A DNA stretch of 64,000 bases from Paragordius varius (lineage: Eukaryota; Animalia; Nematomorpha): positions 8,494,001 to 8,558,000 of the forward strand of contig OZ176052.1 of NCBI GenBank assembly GCA_964247055.1, written 5' to 3'. Under the pieces are notes generated by a model. It searched no databases and was not told the DNA's origin. It saw nothing but the letters and a program-made list of their open reading frames with translations. Each line of letters begins with the position of its first letter. The stretch's first letter is position 1. Made by a program: the position numbers and the translations under genes. This document shows positions 1-13,038 of this stretch, piece by piece.

Positions 1-2
1 TT

Positions 3-3000
3 TATGACACATTCGATAAACGAACGAAATCCAAATCCGATTTGATTGGTGGCGGCTATGTTTCAACATTCACTCCTCCAAACACCATAAATTACTCTTA
101 TGTATTAAATAATCCTTCATATGCCAACAACGTTTATGTTAGTGCCAATAATTCTTTAGCATCAAATACCTCTAAAAATTTCCTGCATGAAAATAAACCT
201 CAATTACTTTCTGATGATAATACTAAAACCACAAATCCTATACCAACACCTCCTCCGCCTGATCTTTTGGGAGAACTTAAGAAACGATTACAAGCAAGAA
301 AAACTTTCCTGCACAAATATATTAATCCTATCGTAACAATCAATAATCCTGTCCGAAAAACGTTAAATAATGGAGCAATTAATGTTTCAAATACATATTT
401 TGAACCAAATACTCCACATATATCTTCGTATAATAATAATACCAACTCCATAAGCAGATCCTTGGCTGATGTACAAAAAGCCGCAATAAAAGAAACATTA
501 TCTTCAGAAACAACAAATAGCGATACAATATTTATAACTAAACATATTACCCAACTTTCAACCGCAACTATAAAACCAATTATTACAGCACCGACTGTGC
601 CAAGTCTATCCATAACTAAAATATTTAACATTGATATTATGGGTGAAGAAATTTGTTCAGATGATCCTTTACCAAATCAAAAGTGTAAAAATGCTGGTAA
701 CACTTGTAAAGTTGATTCCAAAAACGAGGGACTAAATATAGATCGAGGATGTTCTAATATTATCGCTAATGTAATTAAAGAATCAAATAAAAGCTTGGAA
801 AATTTATCTTTGGAAATGGACACTGAATGTATCAAGGAGTAATATTTTAATTTTTATCTCGTACTTTTATTTTTACTGACAAATTTATTATAATCATATT
901 TTATACAGTTTTTTCAAATATCTAAATGCAATAATATTCGTTTATTATTAATTTTATTAAAAAATAAATATTATTATTGTACTTGCTAATAATAATTTTT
1001 ATGGCTCATTTACTATCTTTCTAAGAAATAAAATTTTATCTCTTTAAAGATTAATAATGGTTCCAAATATCTTGAAAACTTTATATCTCTATACTTAATC
1101 GGTTTGTTTTACAGAAAAAAACGAGATTGTGTAGATGAATCAACAATGACGACAACTAGTCTCATTATGGCTTTGGACAAATCTATGAACACTTCAGTTT
1201 TGCTGGAGAATACGAATAGCATATCTGGGTCTAGCACTGGGAGTAATTCTACTGAAACAAACGATAAAAACGACACATCTCCTCTCAAACAAAATATTTT
1301 TAAAACAAATGAAACTCTACCAACAAACTCCACCGGTATTAATAACGCAAATATAACGGAAGCATTTATGAATAAGGATTGTGATTTCCATAAAATACAC
1401 ATAAATACGAATCGGAGCCAAAACATAGATTTTGAGCAGAGTAGTATACAACTATTACAAAAGAAATTGAAGTTGCTTAACTTACTGAACGAGACAGACA
1501 ATATGGTTAATAACAACGCCCAATTAAATTATTTATGTGGACATGATAAAAATATGGACCATGAAAGAAATAAGGTTGAAGGCGTTCAAGATATTTGCCA
1601 AGATTCACCATTAAAAGTTGAAATAAATGGTAATTGGGTCCAAGGACCTTCAAGCAATTACGCCAGTGTTAATAGTCTTAATCTTTCACCCTCAAGTTTT
1701 GCCGATGTCTTCCGTCTGTACAACAATGCGGGTAAATTGATGCTCTGTCAATCGTGTGACACGAATGTCCGAAACGTGGCGATATCAATGGCCGAGCAGT
1801 CATTGAGACGCATTACGAGTCCAATCAGATCATTGGCTTCTGCATCTCCTTCTCCATCAACTAACCTATCTCCAAATACACATAAGGATTGTAGCCCAGG
1901 ACCACAGCGCAATATTAATGATAATTTTGTTGATGTCTCAACGAATACCTCTCCCCAAAAAGTAGATTCACCCAAATGTAACAATGAAAATTTGGGACAT
2001 GATTCAACTATTCGTCCAATCCTTAATCATTCAATCTCTGTCAACAGAGTGGTCCAACCACAAACGAAACCCCAATCCTCCGAAGATACAATTAAAGATC
2101 AAAAAGAGGAAAACCTTGTGAATTCAATAACTCCATCATCTCACATTAAATCCAATAATAATACTACTACTACTAATAATTATGATATGTCAACAACACT
2201 TAGTACTCCGATCACAAACATATCTAACAATGTTGATGAAGGATTCGCTAATGGAGGAGAGGATTCTCTGTCCATTCCTGATACTCTAATAAGTGTAGAT
2301 AGCAGTCAATCACCGCCATCATCAAGCAATGTAACAACCATTAAACAAAACGTAGGCCAATCGGAAAATCAGTCCAATCATTCAACTTTAACATCAACCC
2401 TAGAAACAACTACTTTTTTGCAAAAGGAAAATGATAGTGAAAAGGTCGATGTAGACCAAAATCAAACAACCACATGCGAAAAGATTGAATCATTCTTGTC
2501 CAAGGAAAAGATTGATGAAATGTATACAATTATTATGCATATATTGGTTTATGTTTGAAATTGTCAAAAAATAATTGTTTTAGTCAAAAATTAATATTTT
2601 CGTTTGCTAATTATTTAAAAACTATTCAGGCTTAATTTTGATGCAACGACATTTTTATAACTTTTATATTAGTATATCAAATCTAAGCTCGCGAAGAGCA
2701 TCCTTCCGGCAAAAAAGAAGCAAAACATCGACCAATCTTATGAGCCATAGTGAAACATCCCCTGCCATATGTTCGCAAGCTAACTCAAATGTTAATAATA
2801 GCGAAAATGTCAATAATCTTCGAACAAACCCTACAAATGTTACAAATTATGACAATACAGAAAATACCCTCGAACCTAATGTAAAGCCTTCAGTAATGAT
2901 TCGTTCATATACGAATCCTAATATCCAGGCCTTTAAACAATTTTATGAGGAAAAAGATCAACATGCCAAACCCCTATCCTGTAATGACAATGATGTTGGA

Positions 3001-6000
3001 AATGAAGAATTAACCGTTAAAGAGCCCACACACAACAAACCAGGCAATATTCCTAGAAATAAACCCTTTACTCCGAATGATTATGTACCGTTTGGGAAGT
3101 TTAGGTTTGTAATACTAGCAGTAAAAATACAGACAAAAAAAGGCATTTTTTCAATAAACCACTATTCTTTTTCAAACTAAATTTTTTACATTTTTCATTG
3201 TTTTAAACTGCAAAGTATGAGATATAAATTGGTAATTTTATGATTGTAATCAAATAGCTAATAGAGGTAAAATTAAGTTTTAAAAAGGTATGGTTGTCTT
3301 TTGAAAAAAAATATTTGTTTTTTTGTTTTTACATTTTATCTGTATAATTACAATTTTTACTGTACTTGATATTGTATGTGACAATTTTCGTTTAATAATT
3401 TTAATTAAAAGATATTCAATTTAAAATAAAATTTAAACGTTAGGTATGTGCGTTATATTAATTATGTAAGTCTAATTTTCAATCCTTCACCTGTTATTAA
3501 GACATTGATATTGCAATTTTTAGGAAAAACGAAATCTTTTGTATTAACCCTTAATTCGCTTATTATAGACTCATAAATTTTATTTATTTGATGAAAAAAA
3601 AGATAAAATGTGTATTTTTATTTTTTGATAATAAAAAAACCCAAAATTTACCGTAATTAATTTTCTATAATTTTAAAGTTTCCTTATTTAAATATCAAAA
3701 GTTTGTTAAGTTTTTATCTTGCATTTAATTGGTTTCCTTGATACAATTATTACAATAAGTATAGCGCCAAATAATATTGCGTTCAAACTTATATTAATTT
3801 GTTCCGCATTCCATAAGTTTGTGTTATATTTTAAATAGATATTACTCATTTTACAATTATTTTTTCAATCAATTTTCAGATATTCCTTACAAAATTATCA
3901 AAGAAAAATTCAACGAGATACTGATTCAGATATCAACAATACAAATAGTAATAGCGTCAATAATAATAAACGCATGTTGACGGATAAAACTTACGCTTGG
4001 ATCAAACAACATGGTAAGGTTGAAGGAGACGCCCTCTCTAATCATACTTTTCCATCCCTAACGAATGTCATATTTAAATCCAATTCGTTAAAATCGTCAA
4101 ACATTGTTTCAAACCCCGATGAAACATTAAAATCCGATGTGGAAAATAATCATTCAACAAAGACATTAACTAATAAGCGTAAACTCTTGCTGCCTCACGT
4201 CAAACAAAATGGCTATACTGAAATGTTGATTGAATACAATCCACTTCTTGAAGATGGCTTATTATTGAATGGCGAACAAAATTGTCTAAATACTACATTT
4301 TACCATGATGAACCGGAAAATAATAAAAATATAATGAACTCTCAGAATATAGTTACAACGAAAAATAACGAGACAATTGCTTTAAATAATCAATTCAGCA
4401 ACAAATATAATGACGCCAACAAGTAACACTTTCTCCAAAATAAATTTTTTTGATATGGTTGCTAATCTAAAAAATAGATCTTTTTTTCAATGTTTAGCTA
4501 ATTATCTAATAAAGCTTATAATTTTTTTAATGTCAAATTAAATCTGAAACATTTTAGTGTGGAGGAGGGTCATTACGATGTAGCGACCAATCGAATCATT
4601 CTCAATCCCTATAATAATATTATTGATAACAAGTCCCAAGAAAGCGAGGCAATTAAAGAAATAAACGAACCCGACTTGAATACTACATTAACTCTAGAAT
4701 CATCCTGGAATCAACTTGCTACTAATGGGAATGAATTTGGTTCATTCGTTAACAAAGCAAATAGGAGCAATCGGAATGTGCCTTTTCAATCTAATTTTAT
4801 GGCAAAGAACAATGCGCTAAATACACCCCCCATGTTTTTACCCATGTACCCTTCACCTTCATCATCCATGTTTGAATATCAACATCGCTCACCCCTTTAC
4901 AGTCAACCTATTATGGAGGATCCAGCGGAAAAGTTTTATTAATACTTTTTGGGATTTCTTCAATGTTTAAAATGGCCTTTTTTAACTTGTTATTAACATT
5001 TTTTTGGATTATTAAAACCAAAATTATTGCAGGATTGGTTTTATTAGTATAACTTTCTTAGTAGATTTTGTATTTGATAATGTTTTAGGTTAATAGTGTA
5101 AATTAAAATATCTTGTTTGTAAAACATTTATAAAAATAGTGGTGTTAATGTTCCGTTAAATAAGGTAAATAGGATGAATATAATTATATATATAAAAATA
5201 ATTTTACCCATTAAACTCTTAAATATATATACATATATCAAATCTTAGCTTATTTTTCAATTTTTAGGCTAGTGATTGATTCTGATTTCGACAAAGCCTT
5301 ACATATAATCAATGAAAGTTTGATTGAGGGAAATGCATGCAGACACACGCAAACAACAATCGTAAATTTTTCAACGTTTCATAAATTTTATTGGTTTCGT
5401 TAAATAAATATTTTGTTAAGATATTTACTTTATTTTATGAATATAATTTTAGGATAAAATGAAAATTCTGGTCACAACTCATTGGTTAAATCTCATCAAG
5501 AAATCATCCATGTTTTTGAATCAAAACAAACAACAGTCCAAAAATGAATCAAACCAATCACTAAATCAGAGCCAAAATGAAAACCAAAATGTGGAAACTA
5601 ATGAATCAAAACAAAACGATGACACATTAATGATGACTTCATCCATTCAACTTTTGGCGACAAATGTCGAATTTCATTTGGATCATTGCGAATCTATCTC
5701 GAAACACATACTACACTACGTTGTAAACTGTAAAGATAATATGGTATGATCACCTCTGTTATATATTATTTAACTCAATTTATATAAACCTTTTGGCATT
5801 AAAAAAACGGAATAGATAATAAATCTTATCTCACTATTAAAGGCAGCGGGCGGATTCGTTATAAATAATAAAGATCTGATTTAAGTTAAGATTTAAAGAA
5901 ACCAATTTTTATTCATCTCACCCAGTAGGATGTTTATATTATAAATATATTATATAATTCTCGAAATGTTGAAAAACAATAGTTTAGGTTTATTTAATTA

Positions 6001-7618
6001 ACTAAGATGCAATTAATTTAGAAAAATTAGTGAAGGGAGGCTTATTTTATTATTTGATTAGACTTGTTAGATTTAAAATTTATGTTTTGTATAGGGTAAT
6101 ACGGCATTGCATTATGCCATATCCTCAGGAAATTTCGATATTGTCAGTATTCTGATCGATACCAAATTATGTGACATTAATGCGATTAATAATGTAAGTA
6201 TATATTATTATTTATAATCAATTTAAACAATATTTAAAAGATTTTATATATTACTAAAAATAAATTATATCATATAGGCCGGATATACCCCTATTATGTT
6301 AACAGCCTTGGCTCATTATGAAAACCCTTTGTGCTTTGATGTTGCAAAGCGATTATATCAGATGGGAGACGTAAATGTTAAAGCTAAATCGGTAATTTTA
6401 AATTTTTTTATAACATGATAAATTATTAATTAAAAAAAATCAATAACAACTTCAATACTTTTAACAATTGACAATGAGTTATTGTAACATATGGACCAAA
6501 TCGATTCCTCCATAGTATTTTTTGAATTATGCGTAAAATAAATTATTTTTACAAATTGTATCGAGTTTGGTTTAAAAGGGATCGTATTTTGCATATATAT
6601 GGTATTAATTTTAAGAAAATAAAACCCTCTAGTTATTTAAAGATTTATATTTTCCTAACATAAAATAATTGTTTTTGATCAAAAAACATTCTATCCATTA
6701 TTTCCTATAAATAGAATGGACAAACAGCTCTGATGATAGCTTCAAGCCATGGACGCGACGATATTGTCCGAGCTTTGTTGGAGTATGGCTCAGCAAACCC
6801 AAACATTAGAGACTTGGATGGAAGTACTGCACTCATGTGTGCTGCCGAACACGGCCATAGTCAAGTCGCTAAACTGTTGTTGGCCCATCCTGACACGGAT
6901 ACAAACATTGTTGATAATGTAAAATAATCATTTAATCTAAAATTTTATTTATATTCTTGAAATGTATTTCAAATGATGGTGGTATATAGTTGTCAGTGTT
7001 AGTTTGAGTGCCAGAGTTCCAATCCAAAAACTGTACGCGTTTTCTTATCATAAGAGACAGCCCTGGTTATCTTTGTAACAATTAAAATCGTTAACACCGT
7101 TTAATAAAAGAGAAAAATATTAATCAAACTTTGTATTATTACTATAAAATATTAAAAAGCCCTAAAGATTTACCAAAGATGAAATTCTGCGTTATAAAAG
7201 AAAAATAGGATTTAAATTTGTGGATTTAGTATAAAACTGATAAGCTAAATATATATAACTATGGAAATCAATCAAAAGCTGAACGATGCGGTCAGAATTA
7301 AATTAAATAATTAACATACTTTTCAAAATTTTAAATGGCATATTACTAAAAAAATTTGTGAAAGTTTGCAACAGGCTGTAATATGGCATAGCTTAAAACA
7401 TATATTATTAATAAATAATTTACCATTTTTAGGATAACGCAACTGCACTATCCATTGCGGTCAAAGCTGGTCACAAAGATATTGGAATTTTGATCTACGC
7501 CCATCAAAATTTGATTCAATTACAGAATCAAAATTTTGTCCCGTCCATAAATCGAAAAGCACTTGTCTCATCGTCCTCACTCTCCAATTTATGTTCCGGT
7601 TATAATTCTACAAAATAA
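3..7618 (+). CDS. KANK: KN motif and ankyrin repeat domain protein (KANK family), 5'-partial, spliced
   Basis: Phase-consistent GT-AG exons: <3-838, 1115-2521, 2673-3104, 3880-4422, 4558-4932, 5268-5361, 5453-5743, 6095-6193, 6278-6391, 6715-6918, 7433-7618. The C-terminus reads [101 protein letters not shown], matching the KANK ankyrin block. The KN motif is not in the window. Some N-terminal donor choices (3104, 4932) are uncertain. Confidence 0.92.
6975..7090 (+). mobile_element. possible decayed tRNA-derived SINE head in KANK intron
   Basis: A-box-like tggtatatagttg and B-box-like gagttccaatcc at tRNA-like spacing; no cloverleaf, so not a tRNA gene. Confidence 0.25.
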
Positions 7619-9124
7619 AAAATATCAAATATATTTGATTGTAGATTATTTGAAAAATATATTTATATACATTTATAATAAATTATTGCATCTCATATTA
7701 TTTTAAATTACGAATTAAAACGACAATTTGATTTGATTAAAAGTTGGGTACTTCGTTATCTAAGACATTTATCCATAAAACTAATGATTTAACCGTGATT
7801 AATGGAATTAAATAATCAAAAAAGATAATCTACACCATGTTTGTGTGTTAAATACATTTTAGCGTCACTATGCCATAATTTTTAAAATGTCCAAATAGGT
7901 TCTATATTTTTACAGATATGTCAAAATTTCCATCTCATTCAAAATCATCTCTATAAAATAAGCTATATAAGCTCTCATTAATTAAATATAATTTAAAGCC
8001 TTCATTAATTAAAGCTTATATTAAGGTTATAATATTAGAAAGCAATCGCTTACATGCAAAAGTTACAGAGTTTTGTTATGATCCCGAATAATTTTATTAT
8101 TTAAATAATGTCCAAAATTAAATAGTATTAATTAGGCTGATATCGATTTAATGTATAAAAAATAGCTATTAATGTCATGGTTTTTAAAAATATTTTAATA
8201 ATAATTATTTAAATTTCCCAATATTTCAATATGTGTGTGTCGTAGATTTAGAGTAAAAAAATCAAACAAATAATACAACGGTTTTCGCATGTTTGCGATG
8301 AGTGTTTTTGTTGCACAAAGAGAATCGAACCTTTAAAATCGTAAGGTGTGTTATAAGGGGTATAAAACGGCTATTAATTGACCTGATCTTAGCTCATGTA
8401 ATCCACATAGATAAGTTTCAGTGGGTAATGCAATCATTGATTAATTATAATTTTGGAAAGATACATTCGCCTAAGACTGGTCGTTATACGGTTATTATCA
8501 TCTAAATTAGGAAAGTATGAAGTATACCCCATGTAAATAAACATTCTTGTCAAGTTACATAACCATTTACTCAAAACGGTTTATGTAATTCTTGAATAAT
8601 ATATATCAATTCAGAGACTATATTAATCGCCCTAAAATTTGAGTTTTAATAATTAGATATTTAAAAAATGTCCAATTAGAATTAATGGATGTGTAGTTTG
8701 TTATGTCTTTCCAAGATTCTTAAATCATACCCAAAATTCGAAAGACGTGAATGTTTATGGTCCAATTTTTGGTGCATAACATATTGTGAGAAATGCTAGC
8801 GGATTAAAATAATTTTTTTAAATATCGCGTTCCATAATGTATTTTTTCATAGCCGATTTGCTTATAACAATTCGTCTTCTGACAAGTGATTTCTTTATTA
8901 AAAATATGATTTTGAACCAATTCATATTTTCGCTCCCAACAGAAATGTGCACTAAAGTGGGGAATAATGATTTTTTAGTAAATGCAAGACCAATTTGAAT
9001 CCTTCAATAATTTAATGTTTTCAGAGATGTTGCCAGAAAAATGGTATCATTGCTACCATAGGAGATGCCATAATTTTTGGTAAATCGCATATGTAAATTT
9101 AAAAGGAAATTAATTACTTTTTTA

Positions 9125-9715
9125 TATGTAATCTTGTCCACCGGCTTCTACAAATGTCGCCTATCTTTCAGTTAATATATAAATCCCGTGCAAAACTGAT
9201 TGTCTTTTACGCGAAACCACTCGTCAAGCCATTTTCCAACATTTTCTTTTTAAAATTCTACTCTGCGAGGTTGTGTCTTATTGATGTAAAGTTGCGTTAG
9301 TCATATGCGCCAGGAAAAGTTCAGCGGATGAAAAATTCCCATTGAAGCAATTTCAAGGTGTCATTCACTGGTTTTGCTGTGTGAAACGGAGCATGTCAAG
9401 CAGCAAAATCACTTTGCCATGTCTTCCTGTAAATTCCGTTCGATTTTTAATTAATGCATGGTTTAAATTAATTATTTAATAGCGTTGCATATAAACGGTT
9501 TCACCAGGTTTCAAAAGTTCTTAATACAGAAATCGCTCTTGTTCCACCAGTCAAAGAACATAGTCCCTTACCGAAGCGATTTTGGATTTACAGAATAAAG
9601 GCACCTATCATCACCCGTCACAAATTAATGCAAAAGGGTACTTTTGTGATATCGAAGGAGGATAACAAGCCAGTTTTTCATTTGACGGTTATTTAAAGTT
9701 TAATGGACTTTCTCA
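9125..9715 (-). mobile_element. degenerate mariner (Mos1/mauritiana-like) transposase fragment
   Basis: The minus strand, with stops and frameshifts, gives NNRQMKN, VTGDD, NRFGK, ELLKPGETV, NHALIKNR..RHGKVILL, HTAKPV.DTLK and KWLDEWF..K..F.HGI, ending near VEAGG. These blocks are collinear with Mos1-type DD34D transposase. Confidence 0.85.
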
Positions 9716-9749
9716 TTGCTCATAAAAATCTATTAACTGTTTCTGTTAT

Positions 9750-10900
9750 ACATATAAAGATTCTACTAATTGGCCTTGCGTTTGAGTTGAGTGTCATAAT
9801 CCAAATATGTAGACTTGATCGCAATCCGAGTTGTGTGTACCAGAGCGCCCACACTATCTACATGAAATCACAATTTTTAATATTTTCCATCCATGTTTCA
9901 CAACTCATCAACAGAATATGTTAGTCCTACTTCTTCCAGCAGATAACTTTCATTAGCCTTTTTTTCTGATTGCAATGCAAACCTTAAATTATCATTTGCA
10001 GCTATAAAAATCGACATGGTTTTTAAATGATAAATATAGGCTTAGTTATTGGCAAACTTAACATGTGTGTATCGTTTAATGTCATTTGAGCATAATGGGA
10101 TTGTATTTAATTAATCGTCTGCGTACTTGGAATCTTCTCCTGGTTAAACAAGTTATAAATGACTAGTATATATATTATATTTTATGTGATGAACCCATAT
10201 ACGCTTTTCAAAATATGGCATATTCACATTGTGTAACCGTTTCAATAAGATAAAACAGAAACGGGGTTGAATTCAGTTTTTAGAATAACCATATGATGTT
10301 GCCCATATATCCTTAAGGGTATTAAAGAATATTTCATGGTTATCTCTTTTTTAACAGTAAAAGAATTTAGTAAACATCAGTGTTTACCTAGGATATTATA
10401 TTGCTGATAGAAATAGGCATTAATTTGTACCAGTTTTAAAGGAAAATCGGAGAGTTTTGTAAGAATATTGTTTAATCCTTTTGCCAAAAAGATCGCCGAG
10501 GCATTCGATTGGGTTTCTCATGTTTAAATCCTTTTATTTAGAAATTTTGACAATCGGAAGATCGGAAGTAATGTACATTAATAAATGTATTATTCTCATT
10601 GTACTAGCGATTTTTTGCATGTAACGATTTCTTATATCTCGTTTTTCATATAATCATTTATTTGCGCGGTCTGATGTGGTGCTGATGCTTAAATGCTATT
10701 GTTTATAAGTGTGTTTCTAGTTTTATTTAAAATAATTGTTCTATTGTGCTTTTTGAATGCATTATCTCTTGAGACCTATGTATTGTTTTATCCTTTGGTA
10801 GTCTGCATCGAATCTATTTTAATGCTTGGGAAAATTTGTGAGAGCGGAAAGTTTAGACCGTAAAAGTGTAAAAAAACCTGCTCCTGGATATGTTTATGTA
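9750..10900 (-). mobile_element. possible highly decayed piggyBac-like transposase remnant
   Basis: Patchy motifs only: LFGKRIKQYSYKTLRFSFK (cf. piggyBac G(R)..KQ(Y/F)I..KP.RFG.K) and VICWKK.D.HILLMS (cf. KWKD.R.V.M.ST). No termini found. Confidence 0.3.
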
Positions 10901-13038
10901 AAGATGTGAGATTGTCAAGAATATAATCAATTTGGTTTAGATGTGATGATTGGTAAAATTCATGGTATAAACGTCTTCTAGATCAATGCAAAAACGCAAC
11001 ATAATATGTTCTATGCATTAATGTAAATATGTTCTTTGCAATATATGCGGCTAAGACATTTACCGCCAATTTGGCATTCTTTTGTGTAATATACAAAGTA
11101 AAGACAATGTTTTTAGGGGTCCTAATTCGTAATTGTGTCTTTCATGGAGTTTACAGGCAATATAAAATGAAGATACAAAGTTGTGAGGGAAGGTGGGGTT
11201 AGCCATAGATTTGGATAATAAGCTACCATATTCGCTAAAAATCAGGGTATCAGGATAAGAATGGTTATTGAACTCAAAATTTATAAGACTAAATCTAAAG
11301 AATTATGAAAAGCTATATTATTTCTTGTAAAATTAATTTAATCTTGTTGCTCAACAGGTGCACAAGCCGTTATTGTAATCCACAACTTATTTTATTTACC
11401 TAATTAAGGTCAAAACTATAGTTATTATATTTTAATAGTTTTGGATAGAAAAACTCACAACTTTCAAAATTGTAAAAAATGGTGAACGTAATATAAGAAA
11501 AATAAACTAAAAACTGAAAACAGTATTTTAAGAAATTTTCGCTATAAAATTAATATTTGAAAATCAAAATAGCTAAAACTTTGTTAATCATTTAATAATA
11601 GTTAAAAAAATTATGGCTTGTATCTAAGCTTCAAATATTATAAAGTAAAGCGTTTGAAATGCAAAAATCAGATTTTTAATAAAACCTAATATTTTAATGG
11701 TCGTAAAATATGGAGTTTTAAACATAACTTATTTAAGATAAGTTTTGTCTAACGTTAATTGCACAATTGCTACTTAAGTTTTCGTATTACAAACAAGTGA
11801 GACCATTTGGTTTCTGAGATGGAAACTGAAGCATAAACAATTAATCAAATAACATCCAAAACTTAGTTTTAATAAATTTAATTTATTTTTACTTTTAAAG
11901 CATAATTTTTTAGCATTTTGTTATTTATAATTTCCTCAAAAACTCTATTTCTACATATCAAACACCTAACAGGTTAATTACGTTTTCAATAAAAAAATAA
12001 AAGCGTCGTATAAGTTAATACTTTTCAAAGCGACCCCCCTTAAACATATGAAAGTTTGAATTTAAAAATCTGATTTCCATATTGAATGCTTTACTTTATA
12101 TTAAAGAAGCTTATAAAACCCAAGCCTATAAATTACATATTAACCATTATTTGGTCCAAGTTTCAATCATTTTGATTTATAAAAACTCTATAGCGAATAT
12201 TCCTCAAAACAGATGACCACTTAAACAATTTTTTGAATTCATTTTTCTGATAAATGTTACCTCCAATTTTCGGATTCTGAAAGCTAATAAAGGTACTCAA
12301 AAAAAATTAGAAAAAATATATTTTTGACCATTAATTTAAAATATGTATGATTTATTTATAATAAAATATGTTACGATTTTGTAAATAATAGAAATGTAGA
12401 ATCCAAATCGAATAAGATAATTATAAAAAATATGCAATAATATGCCACAAAATCATATGCAAAAATTAAATGGGCACATGCCCTTTCATCTCTGTTAAAA
12501 CGTGGCACAAAGTATAATATCGAAGATCGATTATCAACATCAAATTAAATCAAAAAAATATAAATCCAATGTTTAGAAAAAAATTTAACCAGAAACTTTT
12601 ATTTAAATTACATGAAAAATTATATTGTAAAAATTAGTTGCTTTAATCAGCTATAACTAATTAGAAGTCCCAAATATATAATTTCAGCTACATATATATA
12701 TTGTTTCAAGTATTTTATATAATGAGAAAACCCTGTTACCACGAATTTACCAATCGCATATATACATTGTAAATTTATTTATTAGCAACGCATAAATATC
12801 ACAATAATAAAATGATTACCAATATTTTTAACTACTAACGCATCCAATATAAACCAAAGATTGGGCATAAGGTTATAAGTTTTATCTTCAACATTATCAT
12901 CCATATAATATCTAGTAAATATGTAAAAAATTGAATTTTTTTATAGGTACATATAGCTATCAAGTTAGTTAAAAATAAATCTCCGGGTTTTATTTTTTAC
13001 TTTTTCCTTAATCCCTTTTTGAAATGAATAAATGTGCT

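Noticed and set aside
200-1984. Minus-strand ORFs 200-631, 1109-1516, 1748-1984
   Set aside because: Antisense shadows of long KANK exons, with no independent motifs or splice logic.
8380-8460. Possible Tc1/mariner PDL..C.F.WG remnant
   Set aside because: Too short and degenerate to support.
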